Shown: positions 40,142 through 50,280 of the stretch, piece after piece | Layout of the letters: the number at the start of each line of letters is the position of its first letter | Numbering within the stretch: the stretch's first letter is position 1 | NCBI GenBank assembly: GCA_015075305.1 | Contig: JABTUS010000004.1 | Span: 238,679-302,678, forward strand | DNA from: Opitutaceae bacterium | GTDB taxonomy: Bacteria; Verrucomicrobiota; Verrucomicrobiia; Opitutales; Opitutaceae | Length of the DNA stretch: 64,000 nt | Direction of reading: 5' to 3' | Program-made: the position numbers and the translations under genes | The notes under the pieces: generated by a model | Database searches by the model: none | What the model saw: only the letters and a program-made list of their open reading frames with translations | What the model was told of the DNA's origin: nothing

Positions 40142-41758
40142 TCAGCGCGCCTGGCGAAGCAGCAGCGCGGCGTCCGCCGAGGCAAGCGTTACGGATTCAA
40201 CTGGCTGGCGGGTGATGGCGTCCACATAGCCTTGCGGGACTCTCACTGCAGGCGCGGTGGCCGAGGAGGGGTTGACGATGACGAGGCCGTGTTCGAATTC
40301 CCGCGAGTAGCAGGGGGAATCGGCGAGCTTCAGCGCGGTGATGTTGTTGGGCTGGATGGGATCTCCGATCGGAGCGAAGAGCATTGCGGGCCATGCAATC
40401 GCTCCCCGGTCCGTTTCAAGCAGGGGCAGCCCAAAGGAGGTTGAACGTGCAGCGGTGACTGTGAGCAGGTAGGAGCCGTAGGAAAAACGCAGCAACTGCT
40501 CGTAGTCCGGCTGCGCGGCGTTCAGGAATGCGGCGAGATATCCGGCCGGACCGGCCATGCAGATGCCGCTGAGTCCCGAGCTCGCTGCATCGGCGTGATT
40601 GATAAGATTCGTCTCCCACTTCTCCCCGGTGATCGGAACAAAGGCGGCTTTGACAGCGATGCCATTGGATTTGGCCCGTTTGGCTTCAACGCGGATGTAG
40701 GAGTCCTCAAAGCAATAGCCGTCGAGCAGATCATGCTGAGTGGCGTTGTTGAACAGCGTCTTGACGCCGATGGCATAGGTGCCGCTCGCCGAGTTTGCAT
40801 AGAGCACGGGCTGTCTGCCGGTCGAGGCGAGCACGATCCTCCGGATGTTGCGCACATACGTTCCGATAGCAGCGAGGTACGATTCAATGCTGTAGACTCG
40901 TTTCGTCCCGAAGTCCCAGAAATACGCGACTGGCCGTCCAAGCGCGTCGCAGAGATTGTACGGGCGGGGCTGAAAGGTGTCGAACCAGGCTCCGTCGTAG
41001 CCCGCCTTCATCATGCGAATGACGAGATCCGCCTTGAATTGCGCGGCGGACAACTGCCCGGGATTCACCGCATAACGCAGGTAGTCGGGCCCGTCCGGCC
41101 AGCTGTTGGTGTGCCGGGCGTGGTCAAGCTGCTTCCGATTGCCAAGATAAACGGGGGTGAGCACCGGAACACCCTTTTGATGCGGCATCGCCTTGGTTCC
41201 CGCGAAACCTCTTTCGACGGTGATTCGGCGCGATGATGCGTCCACGGCGGTCACTTTCACGAATTCGTCGTCGAGCCGGATCCAGAAGCAGAACCTTGTC
41301 GGATCCTTTGCATCGGAGACACTGGCGGTGGACGCCTTGATCGCGAGTTCCCTGCCGAGCAGATTGTCGACCAAAAATTCGGTTGCGCTTTCATCGATGG
41401 CCGTCGCGAGATTCGCCACGGGCGTCATGGCTATGCCGTCACGATGGTGCCGTTCGAGGCGGGGAACATCGTCTCCGTTGGTCGTGAAGCCTCCCATGTA
41501 GACAATCACGGGCGGTGTTGTCATGCCTGCGTCATTGCGGGCCTTGAGTGTCGCCCGCAGGTTGGGTGAATCAGTCGAGTAGAGCAGGCGGGTGGCCGCT
41601 GCCGCGTCGGCGAGTCGCGTGAGTTCGGGATTGGATGGAGAAGTGCTCGCGGGCACGCCCTGGACGATGCCGCTCAAGGCGTAGGTTGGTGCGGTTGCCG
41701 CTCCGGCCATGCTGCTGGCGAGGATGAAGGCGGCGGAGAAAAGCGGGGAGGTCTTCAT
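40142..41758 (-). CDS. uncharacterised secreted protein (538 aa), possible TIM-barrel glycoside-hydrolase-like fold
   Basis: MKTSPLFSAAFILASSMAGA signal. I recognise no catalytic motif. The segment MMKAGYDGAWFDTFQPRPYN loosely resembles the G(F/Y)DG.flD strand of GH114/GHL-type barrels; this is weak and inferred. Confidence 0.6.
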   Translation of the reverse strand: MKTSPLFSAAFILASSMAGAATAPTYALSGIVQGVPASTSPSNPELTRLADAAAATRLLYSTDSPNLRATLKARNDAGMTTPPVIVYMGGFTTNGDDVPRLERHHRDGIAMTPVANLATAIDESATEFLVDNLLGRELAIKASTASVSDAKDPTRFCFWIRLDDEFVKVTAVDASSRRITVERGFAGTKAMPHQKGVPVLTPVYLGNRKQLDHARHTNSWPDGPDYLRYAVNPGQLSAAQFKADLVIRMMKAGYDGAWFDTFQPRPYNLCDALGRPVAYFWDFGTKRVYSIESYLAAIGTYVRNIRRIVLASTGRQPVLYANSASGTYAIGVKTLFNNATQHDLLDGYCFEDSYIRVEAKRAKSNGIAVKAAFVPITGEKWETNLINHADAASSGLSGICMAGPAGYLAAFLNAAQPDYEQLLRFSYGSYLLTVTAARSTSFGLPLLETDRGAIAWPAMLFAPIGDPIQPNNITALKLADSPCYSREFEHGLVIVNPSSATAPAVRVPQGYVDAITRQPVESVTLASADAALLLRQAR

Positions 41759-41810
41759 GGCATGCTGGAGTTTGAACTGCGCGGACGTCATTCCGGTGAC
41801 TTTGCTTCAG

Positions 41811-43682
41811 CTACTTCCTGAGATGCCCATTGAGCCACGTGAGAAGTGCATTCTTGTAAGGGAGGCCGAGCTTGTCCCAGGACGCCATGCCGTGTCCGCC
41901 GTCGGGGATGGTGATCAGATCACAGGAGTCGCCGGCCTCGCGGAGTGCGGCCTGAAACTTGACCGATTGATCGTAGGCGACGAGTTTGTCGGCCGTACCG
42001 TGGATGAGAAGGAAGGGAGGCAGGCCGGCGCGGACATGAAGCAGGGGTGAGGCTTCGCCAAGGAGCGCCCGCGACTCGGGGTTCATCTTGGTGATTCCAA
42101 AATAGGAGGCGATGGCGGCGGCCACCGCCTGGGTCTCGTCCATCAGAAGGTTTGTCGGTGCGTAAAAGGGCACAACGGCGGCGACCTCGCAGCCTGGAGT
42201 TCGACGGGTCGCCACCAGAGCGACCAAATGGCCGCCTGCGGACTCGCCGATCAATGCGACTCGACCGGCATCCAGGCGATATTCGCCCGCGTGTTCCTTC
42301 ACCCAGCGAATGGCCGTTTCCAGATCCTCGACGCTTCCCGGGTAGCGATGCTCCGGGGCGAGGCGATAGTTGATGGACACCCAGGCATAGCCCGCACTTG
42401 CGAGCGGTTCGAACAGCGGTGCCACGAGCCGTGCCTTGTCGCCCTTGCTCCAACCTCCGCCGTGCACGAGGAGCGCGACGGGGAACGGGCCGGCACCGGC
42501 GGGCACGGCGATGTCGCACTTCAGCGTGACGCCCGCCGCGCTGCCGTAAGTGACATCAGTCTGGCGGATCGCCGGGGACGCGGAGGGGAGCGGGCCCTTG
42601 ACATGACTGATGAGGAATTTCCTGAGGGCGTCGGTGGTGTCTCCCGAGTATTTCGGCTCAGCCTGGACAAGCAGCAAGGTCGCGGAAACGCCCTCTTCGG
42701 CGCACCGTTTCGCGATCGCCCGGGAATGGTCGGGATGGTGGACGTAGTGCTGACGATCATTGGCGGGGCCGTCGGGCATGCTGTTGATGAGGAGAACAGG
42801 AGGATCGTCCGGTGTGATGAGCCCGAGCATGTCGACGTCGGCCAGAACCGCCTTTCCGGCCGCGGACTTCAGCTCCGCCTCCGACTTGAAGTGGTAGAAG
42901 TCGGTTGTCTCAGTCCGGGGAATCCATTCGCCCCTGGGCTTGCCAAGAAACTCCTCCCATTTTGTGACGTCATAAGTGGCCTGTGTGTTGTTTGCGCCGG
43001 CAGCGATGATGCGGGAGGATTCGCGCAGCACGGGATCGGGATTCTTCGGATCGGCGAGATCGGGATGAAAGGCGAGCCAGAGGGAGGTGCCGGCGCCGGC
43101 GGATCCGCCGAAGGACGCTATGCGGGCGGGATCCACGTTGTATTTGCCGGCGTTTGCCCGGATGAATTGAATGGACCGCGCGCAGTCGCGCAGGATGTCC
43201 TGAATGGGCGCGCTGGCCCGGAAGCGATAGTTGATCGCCATGAAGGAGACGCCGGCATCCAGGCAGGCCTGAATGATCGCGGGGTTGGCGCCGTCCTTGC
43301 TGCCATTGACGAATCCGCCCCCATGGATGAACACGACAAGAGGCGTGGGCTGACCCGACTTGGCTGCCCAGAAGTCAAACACGTTTCGCTCGTAGGGCCC
43401 GTAGGCGACATTCCTGTAGGTGGGCGCGGGTTTCTTCGAGGAAACGGTCTCATTGTCCTTGGCCGCCCCTTCACTGTTGGAGGCCTTCGTGCGCCTGGCG
43501 CGGAGCACACGGCGATACGCGGAGGCCTCCTCCACCGTGAGACGGCCATCCTTGTTGGCATCCGCGTCGGGGTATCGTTTGAGGAGCTGGGCCAGTTGGT
43601 CGTCAGACTGCGCCAGTGCGGCAGTCGAAAAGGCGACGATTGAGAATCCGAAAAGGACTCGACGGAGGTGATTCATGTTCAT
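41811..43682 (-). CDS. tandem alpha/beta-hydrolase (two esterase modules) with an N-terminal EF-hand-like loop, secreted
   Basis: Signal peptide and DADANKDGRLTVEEA. Module 1 has VVFIHGGGFVNG and GGSAGAG. Module 2 has LLVHGGGWSKGD, GESAGGH and IHGTADKLV. Confidence 0.85.
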   Translation of the reverse strand: MNMNHLRRVLFGFSIVAFSTAALAQSDDQLAQLLKRYPDADANKDGRLTVEEASAYRRVLRARRTKASNSEGAAKDNETVSSKKPAPTYRNVAYGPYERNVFDFWAAKSGQPTPLVVFIHGGGFVNGSKDGANPAIIQACLDAGVSFMAINYRFRASAPIQDILRDCARSIQFIRANAGKYNVDPARIASFGGSAGAGTSLWLAFHPDLADPKNPDPVLRESSRIIAAGANNTQATYDVTKWEEFLGKPRGEWIPRTETTDFYHFKSEAELKSAAGKAVLADVDMLGLITPDDPPVLLINSMPDGPANDRQHYVHHPDHSRAIAKRCAEEGVSATLLLVQAEPKYSGDTTDALRKFLISHVKGPLPSASPAIRQTDVTYGSAAGVTLKCDIAVPAGAGPFPVALLVHGGGWSKGDKARLVAPLFEPLASAGYAWVSINYRLAPEHRYPGSVEDLETAIRWVKEHAGEYRLDAGRVALIGESAGGHLVALVATRRTPGCEVAAVVPFYAPTNLLMDETQAVAAAIASYFGITKMNPESRALLGEASPLLHVRAGLPPFLLIHGTADKLVAYDQSVKFQAALREAGDSCDLITIPDGGHGMASWDKLGLPYKNALLTWLNGHLRK

Positions 43683-43739
43683 GTGGGACTGATGTGAAAA
43701 GTTGTTTTGAAAAGCGCGCGAAGGGATGCCGCCGCCAAG

Positions 43740-45293
43740 CTAGTTTCCAGGCGCCCGCGGCGGTTTCACCAATGCGCCTGAGTCGACGCGTCGATAGACG
43801 CCGTCAAGAGGCGCCCCGCTTTCCTTCAAGGCTTCGAGGAGTTCAAGCTTTGTGGATGCGAGTGCACCTTCTCCAGCGAGATTGGTGAACTCACCCGGAT
43901 CGGCGTTCAGGTCGTAGAGTTCTTCAAATCCGTCAAAGTAGCGGATGTAGTGCCACCGTTCGTTCGTGACGGAATGCCCGCTCTGCAGGCCCATCGACTG
44001 CGTGGTGATGGCGGGCGTGCGGCGTGGCTGGGTCGGATTCATGAGTTGTGGATCGAGGCTTGTTCCCTCGCACTGGTCCGGGATCGGAAGGCCGGCGAGT
44101 TCGCAGAGTGTCGGATAGAGGTCGATGAGACTGGCGGGCGCGGGGACGCTGGCTCCATGGTTCCTTCCGTCAGGCAGTGCAATGATGAGCGGCACATGCG
44201 TCGAACGGTTCCAGAGGGTGAATTTTTCCCAGTTCTGCTTCTCTCCAAGATGCATGCCGTGGTCGCCCCAGAGGACGATGATGGTGCTGTCCGCCAGCGG
44301 ACTCGTGCTCAATCCGTCGAGGAGGCGCCCGATTTGTGCGTCGGCGAAGGTGATGCTCGCCTGATATCCCTGGATAAGGCGCTCCCACATCTGAAACTTT
44401 TCCTCGTTGGCGAGCACCCACTGGTGCCATGAAACGCGGTTGTGGCCATGGGTGTCGGCGAGATCGTCCTCTCGAACCTCGGGGCGCTGAACGTCACCGA
44501 GAGGATAGAGGTCAAAGTAGGCCTGTGGCACCTCCCACGGAATGTGCGGGCGGAAGAGGCCGACGGCCAGGAAGAGCGGCTTGTCCTGGGGCGATGCGAG
44601 TTGCTTGAGGGCCCAGTCGACGACCTGATAGTCGGACATCCTTTCATCGGGCACTTTCAATGGATGAGCGCCAAAAACCTGTCCCCGTCGGCCGGTGTCG
44701 CCGCCAATGGGCCGCTTGCCGATGATGCCGGCTTCTCTGTCGTCGACCAGGTCGGCCGGGCGCGGTTGAAAAGGAATCTGATCGCTGGCGCTCGGGAAGT
44801 AGTCATCCCAGTCGCCTGGCTCGTTTTCGCTTCCGTCCACCCATTGCAGGCCGTGGAATATTTTTCCGGTGCCGATGGCGCGGTAGCCGTGGTTGCGAAA
44901 GTGCTGGGATAGGACGACTGCATTTTCGAGGGCGCCTGTTCCGCTGTCAGGACCCGCCCGCCAGCTCGGCGTTGTCCTCCCATAGACATTGTGGTCGATG
45001 CCGGAAGTCGATGGACGCACGCCCGTCATGACTGCGACGCGCGAGGGATGACAGGACGGGGATGCGCAGTGGGCGTTGGTGAAGGTGATGCCCCTGGCCC
45101 GCAATCGGTCGAGGTTTGGAGTCCGGACTTGCGGCCGTCCACCGACGGCCCAGTCATTCATGTCGTCAACGGCTATGAAAAGAATGTTGGGTCTCCTGGC
45201 GGAGAGCGCGGCTGCTTGGTTTGACCCGGCGGGGGAGGCCCCGAGCAGCGAAAGCGGAAGCAGCGCCGCAAGAAGCGGAGGTATGGCGCGCAT
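43740..45293 (-). CDS. formylglycine-dependent sulfatase (iduronate-2-sulfatase-like), secreted
   Basis: PNILFIAVDDMNDW, SCHPSRVAVMTG, LWGDHGMHLGEK. Start at MRAIPPLL (ATG 45293), 4 nt after the upstream gene's stop. Confidence 0.9.
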   Translation of the reverse strand: MRAIPPLLAALLPLSLLGASPAGSNQAAALSARRPNILFIAVDDMNDWAVGGRPQVRTPNLDRLRARGITFTNAHCASPSCHPSRVAVMTGVRPSTSGIDHNVYGRTTPSWRAGPDSGTGALENAVVLSQHFRNHGYRAIGTGKIFHGLQWVDGSENEPGDWDDYFPSASDQIPFQPRPADLVDDREAGIIGKRPIGGDTGRRGQVFGAHPLKVPDERMSDYQVVDWALKQLASPQDKPLFLAVGLFRPHIPWEVPQAYFDLYPLGDVQRPEVREDDLADTHGHNRVSWHQWVLANEEKFQMWERLIQGYQASITFADAQIGRLLDGLSTSPLADSTIIVLWGDHGMHLGEKQNWEKFTLWNRSTHVPLIIALPDGRNHGASVPAPASLIDLYPTLCELAGLPIPDQCEGTSLDPQLMNPTQPRRTPAITTQSMGLQSGHSVTNERWHYIRYFDGFEELYDLNADPGEFTNLAGEGALASTKLELLEALKESGAPLDGVYRRVDSGALVKPPRAPGN

Positions 45294-45297
45294 GGAA

Positions 45298-46815
45298 CTA
45301 TCTTGTCGTCTCGGAGCGCTGTTTTCGGCGCTCGGCACGGCGCTCCAGCACAGGCTGCCCGTTCATGGGAGGCTTGTCGGTTTTTGGAAGCCATCCGGCC
45401 AGGCTGGTTTTCACCGAGGCATGTTTGGGGTCACCGGCGAGATTGTTCCATTCATGGGGATCTGCGTTTTCATCGTAGAGCTCCTCATCACCATTCGCGT
45501 ACCGAATGTAGCGCCAATTTTCGGTTCGTATGGCGTGATTCTTGTAGCCGTAGGTTGTGAGCGCCGGATGGTTCCATTCCCGGGACGGATCCTTGAGCAG
45601 GGGTTGAATGCTGACGCCTTCCAGGTACGCGGGCTTGGGCAGTCCGGCGAGATCGCAAAGGGTGGGGAAAAAACTCAGGAAATCGACCGTGCGCTCGCAG
45701 TTGACTCCGGCGGGCGCCACCTGCGGTGCAACCCAGATCAGCGGAGCGCGTGCGGCCTCCTCCCACACCGTGGACTTGCCGAACCGTTCCTTTTCACCGA
45801 CGTGCCAGCCATGGTCGCCGAGGAAAACGACGACGGTGTTGCCTGAGTTGGGTCCCTTGTCCAGCGCATCGATCACGATGCCCAGTTGAGCGTCCATGTA
45901 GGCAATCGATGCGAGGTAGGCCTGCACCACCTGCTTCCAGGCATTTTCGCCGCCCTGCTTCATCACCAGTTCCCATCGTGAATTGTGGGCGAAACGCATT
46001 GCGGCGGGAGGAAGGTCCTTCGTGTCGTCAGCGATGTGAGGGGGAAGCTGGATCGTCTCCAGCGGAAACAGGTCGAAATACTTTTTCGGAACGATCCAGG
46101 GCAGGTGCGGCTTGTGAAAGCCCACGGACAGAAAGAACGGCCGATCGTGCCTTCTTGCCAGTTGAGCGGCTCCCCATTCGGCGATTTTGTAGTCCTCAGT
46201 TTCGCTGTCCGGAATGGATGGCTGCCCGATCTCGAATTCGCCGATGCGCCTGTTTCCAGGAAGCACGTCGGTCTCCATGGCGGCCTTGCCGCTTGTTGGC
46301 CGCCGATTGCGCCCGCGCCGCCCGTCTCCGTCGTCGCCGTCATCGTCGTCGCCGAGCTGGCGTCCGAAGCCCACCACGTATTCGTCCCAGTGTGTGCCCT
46401 CCGTGTGTGCGCCCGGCCCGCCCTTGTGGTAGAGCTTGCCGACGCCGAGTGTCTCGTAGCCGTTGCTCCGCAGGTAGCCATTGATGCATTCGGCCTCGTT
46501 GATGTAGTTGGACCAGGGCATGTAGGCGTTTCCATAAACGCCTATCGTCGCCGTGCGCCTGCCGGACATGAAAGCCGAGCGCGAGGCATTGCACACGGAT
46601 GAAGCGCAGTAGGCGTGCGTGAAATTCACGCCGCGTTTCGCCAGACGGTCGATGTTGGGCGTCTGAGTCTGCGGGTTTCTATGAAGGGTCCCGACCCAAT
46701 GGTTCAAGTCATCAGAGACGATGAAGAGAATGTTGGGCTTGCTGGACGCCGCCGCCGCCAGTGCGGCGGAAATAATGAGGAAGGACAGGCAGCCGGAGAT
46801 CTGGCGCGAGGTCAT
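45298..46815 (-). CDS. formylglycine-dependent sulfatase, secreted
   Basis: PNILFIVSDDLNHW, VCNASRSAFMSG (CxAxR), FLGDHGWHVGEK. Start at MTSRQISG (ATG 46815). Confidence 0.9.
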   Translation of the reverse strand: MTSRQISGCLSFLIISAALAAAASSKPNILFIVSDDLNHWVGTLHRNPQTQTPNIDRLAKRGVNFTHAYCASSVCNASRSAFMSGRRTATIGVYGNAYMPWSNYINEAECINGYLRSNGYETLGVGKLYHKGGPGAHTEGTHWDEYVVGFGRQLGDDDDGDDGDGRRGRNRRPTSGKAAMETDVLPGNRRIGEFEIGQPSIPDSETEDYKIAEWGAAQLARRHDRPFFLSVGFHKPHLPWIVPKKYFDLFPLETIQLPPHIADDTKDLPPAAMRFAHNSRWELVMKQGGENAWKQVVQAYLASIAYMDAQLGIVIDALDKGPNSGNTVVVFLGDHGWHVGEKERFGKSTVWEEAARAPLIWVAPQVAPAGVNCERTVDFLSFFPTLCDLAGLPKPAYLEGVSIQPLLKDPSREWNHPALTTYGYKNHAIRTENWRYIRYANGDEELYDENADPHEWNNLAGDPKHASVKTSLAGWLPKTDKPPMNGQPVLERRAERRKQRSETTR

Positions 46816-47288
46816 GGGAAAAGCGGAGGGGGCAGAGCGATCGGGAACGTGGGCTGGGAGACGGTAACGCTGCGAGCTGTCTGGCAACATGGACAAAGCC
46901 GGACAATGGCTGGATTTTGTGCACATCCAGCCGTGGTCACTTCGCATAGACGCCGCACGCCCGGTCTGGTTACCGATGGTGGCTTGAATTCCTGATCGCT
47001 GCGGAAATCACGGCTCACCACATGCAAGTGTGACAGCGGATGATTTTGGTGCTGCCGGACCACATTGAGGCCGCAGCTCGTGGAAAAGTCCAGTTTCCCG
47101 ACCGGTTTGTCCATGGTTCGATGATGCCCTATCCCATAGCCTTCATCTCCGGTGCGCACGTTCAGACGTGCGATCAAAGTGCGCGCCGACCGACGACAGA
47201 TTGAAATTTCACCATGAACCCACGGATCATCGCATCTCGAATAATGCGTTGATCATCCCCGCTTGCTGCGTTAAACAGTCAGTCCACC

Positions 47289-50216
47289 ATGAACCCAAAG
47301 ATACCCAATATCCCCAGTGCAGGCCGTCGTTGCTTGTTTGCCCTGCTCGCGTTGCTTGCAACCGGCCAGCTGTCGGCGCAAGTCCCGGTTCCGGCGGGAA
47401 CGAATGGTTCCGAGCTGGATCGCAAACCGCCCCCCGTTGTCACATCCGACGCCGTGGATGATGACGTGGTCGAGCTCTCGCCCTTCACGGTGACGAGTGC
47501 GGGTGACCGCGGCTACCAGGTCCAGAGCTCCCTCGGCGGCAGTCGTGTCAGGGCGAGCCTGAAGGACATTGCGTCGCCGACGACCGCGTTCACCTCGCAG
47601 TTTTTCGAGGACACCGCTATCACCAATGTGGATGACCTGATGCAGTACATGCTGAGCACGGAGTATGACTACGGCGAGGATTCGGGAGGACAGAACCGCT
47701 TGAACAGCCTGAACCGGAGCACGCGCATGCGCGGGCTCAAGGGCGGCTCCTACTCGGTGAATTTTTTCCGATCGGATGTGCGGTTCGACACTTTCAGCAT
47801 AGATCGCGTTGACCAGGCGCGCGGCCCCAATTCTGTCCTTTTTGGAGTGGGTGAGCCGGGAGGCATCACGAATGTCTCGACCAAGCGCGCGATGCTGAAC
47901 GGTCGAAAAGGCTATGTTTCGCTCCAGGGGAAATCGCACGACGGACTTCGGGCGGAGATCGACTTCAACGAGGCGGTGATCGAAGGCAAACTCGCGTTTC
48001 GCGTGGCCGCGATGGACACCCGCGCCGACACCTGGAGGAACTTTGAGTTCAATGATGAGACCCGGTACTACGCGACGGGCAAGTGGCGGATCACTCCGAA
48101 GGCGGAGGTGAATCTGGAGTTTGAAAAGGGAGACATCAGCAAGCAGACGAAGCGCACGGTCATTGGCTACGACGCCTACACGAACTGGGTCGCGGCGGGG
48201 CGCAACCTCGGGACCGCGGCCAATGCGGCCCAGCAGATCCAGCGCATCGTCGCGGCGAATCGCGCATGGATTTCCTATGACACCGCGGCTGGCAGCATTG
48301 AGAACTGGGTCACGCGGTTTTCATCGCAGCTTCGCCAGTCCGTCGACGGAGAACCCCTTCCGATCACCGATTTTGGAGTGCTTCCGAAGGAAACGACGTT
48401 CACCGGGCCCGGCTACGACCAGAACACGTCCTATGTTCGTTCCTCCGCGTTCCTGACCTACGCGATCACAAGGGACTGGAGCGTTGAACTCGCCGCGATG
48501 CGCCTCGACAGGCACAATATCATTTTTGACGCGCAGGGTGCGCCGAACCACTACCTGAAGGTGGATGTGAATCCGCTGCTTCCCAGCGGGAAACCGAACC
48601 CGAACGCAGGAAAAACCTACCTTGAGTCCGTAACGCAGTTCAACGACGTCGACAATCGCAACGACTCCCTCCGTTTGCAGACCAGCTACCGCCTGGACCT
48701 GGGACGGTTTGGCAAGCACACGCTTGCCGGCGTGCATGAACGCACCTGGGGAACGGATACGCAGAATATTGCACGTGAGTTCGTCGTGTCCGCCAACGCC
48801 CCCTTCAAGACTAGACCGGAGGATGCGCGAAACTCCTTTTACCGCCGCACCTATGTCGACATCTCCGGTCCCTCCGACAAAGTCGTGATGAGCGATTTCT
48901 GGCAGTATCCGGTCAACAACCTCAACGGCTACACAACAGCGTTCCTGCCGTTCAATCAGAACAGCCAGTTGAACCGCAACGAGGGTTCGACCACGATTGG
49001 GATGATCCAGAGCTCCTTCTGGAAGGATCGAATCAAGACAGTTGTGGGAGGCAGCTACGATCAGCGGCGCGATTTTCTTGGCGGACAGGTGCGGGCTCCG
49101 CTTCAGAATTTCACTGAAGGAGTGATTGCGCCCGTTCGCAGCCACACTCCGTTCAAGTCGCATGCCAACAGCATTTCGTTCAGCGGAGTTTTTCAGGCCA
49201 CCGACTGGCTGGGCCTCACCTACAGCCAGGCGGAGAACAGCGCGCTGCCGAACTTTACGGGACGCCTTCGCTCGCCCGACGGCACGGATCCGTACGCCAG
49301 GCCGCCCACGCCGCGCGGAAAGTCGAAGGACTATGGCATCAAGCTCGATCTCTTCGATCACAGGCTGTTTCTCACCGTCCTGCGTTTCGACACCTCGGAC
49401 GTGAACGACTTCGACTTTTCTCCGACACTCACATCCCAGATCAATCCGATCTGGACGACGCTGGAGACCGCCGGCGTGCCAGTCCCCGCGGGCTACACGT
49501 ATGAGCAGATTATCAGCAGTGTTGGCGGCACTCCCACGATCCTCGATACCTCGACGGGTGCGACGTTCTCCGGAAAATCCCAGGGCTATGAAGTTGAATT
49601 GACAGCCAATCCCACCCCCAACTGGCGCATCTTTGCGAACTACAGCCATGAGACGACCGTGAAGACGAACATTGGTCCGGAGCTGCGCGCCTATGTTGCC
49701 TTGTGGCGGCCGCTCTGGCTGCAGAACGGATCTTTGCCGCTTTCAAGCGGACTCGGCACGGTGGCGAGTCAGGTGACCGCGGTCGACAACGGGCTTCTGG
49801 CAAATTACATTCTTGCGGACGGCAAGGAGCCCTACGGTCAGATGAAGGACAAGATGACCGCCCGGACGACCTATGATTTTGCGCAGGGTCCGCTCAAGGG
49901 CTATTCGATCGGCGGGGGAGTGCGTTATCAATCGGCCCCCGTCGTGGGCTTTTTTTCAACCCAGGATTCCACCGGCAATCGCGTGAACCAGGTCTACAAG
50001 GGCGCTGAGCAGATTTTTGTGGATCTGAATGCCGGGTACCGTCGCAAGATCAATCTCGGAGGGCGATCGATCCTGTGGAGCCTTCAGTTGAACGTGAACA
50101 ATGTGTTCAACAATGACGCCTATCAACGCCTGCGGGTGTCAGTGGCGAATGAGGTGCTGCTCTACCGGTTCAATCCGCCGATCGAATGGATCCTGACGAG
50201 CAAGTTTGCATTCTGA
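47289..50216 (+). CDS. TonB-dependent receptor
   Basis: Signal peptide, plug (VELSPFTVTSAGDRGYQV, IDRVDQARGPNSVLFGVGEPGG), long beta-barrel, terminal aromatic ...LTSKFAF. 975 aa. No SusD-like gene follows. Confidence 0.9.
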   Translation: MNPKIPNIPSAGRRCLFALLALLATGQLSAQVPVPAGTNGSELDRKPPPVVTSDAVDDDVVELSPFTVTSAGDRGYQVQSSLGGSRVRASLKDIASPTTAFTSQFFEDTAITNVDDLMQYMLSTEYDYGEDSGGQNRLNSLNRSTRMRGLKGGSYSVNFFRSDVRFDTFSIDRVDQARGPNSVLFGVGEPGGITNVSTKRAMLNGRKGYVSLQGKSHDGLRAEIDFNEAVIEGKLAFRVAAMDTRADTWRNFEFNDETRYYATGKWRITPKAEVNLEFEKGDISKQTKRTVIGYDAYTNWVAAGRNLGTAANAAQQIQRIVAANRAWISYDTAAGSIENWVTRFSSQLRQSVDGEPLPITDFGVLPKETTFTGPGYDQNTSYVRSSAFLTYAITRDWSVELAAMRLDRHNIIFDAQGAPNHYLKVDVNPLLPSGKPNPNAGKTYLESVTQFNDVDNRNDSLRLQTSYRLDLGRFGKHTLAGVHERTWGTDTQNIAREFVVSANAPFKTRPEDARNSFYRRTYVDISGPSDKVVMSDFWQYPVNNLNGYTTAFLPFNQNSQLNRNEGSTTIGMIQSSFWKDRIKTVVGGSYDQRRDFLGGQVRAPLQNFTEGVIAPVRSHTPFKSHANSISFSGVFQATDWLGLTYSQAENSALPNFTGRLRSPDGTDPYARPPTPRGKSKDYGIKLDLFDHRLFLTVLRFDTSDVNDFDFSPTLTSQINPIWTTLETAGVPVPAGYTYEQIISSVGGTPTILDTSTGATFSGKSQGYEVELTANPTPNWRIFANYSHETTVKTNIGPELRAYVALWRPLWLQNGSLPLSSGLGTVASQVTAVDNGLLANYILADGKEPYGQMKDKMTARTTYDFAQGPLKGYSIGGGVRYQSAPVVGFFSTQDSTGNRVNQVYKGAEQIFVDLNAGYRRKINLGGRSILWSLQLNVNNVFNNDAYQRLRVSVANEVLLYRFNPPIEWILTSKFAF

Positions 50217-50280
50217 GGAGTTGTTGGTCCCGCGCTGACGCACGATCCGCCGCAGGCACCCGTCTCGCTATTCGTCATTC

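Noticed and set aside
46270-46365. Asp-rich then Arg-rich tract (GDDDDGDDGDGRRGRNRR) in sulfatase 45298-46815, considered as an insertion
   Set aside because: The paralogous sulfatase next door has a variable loop of similar length at the same place. This is probably ordinary loop variation.
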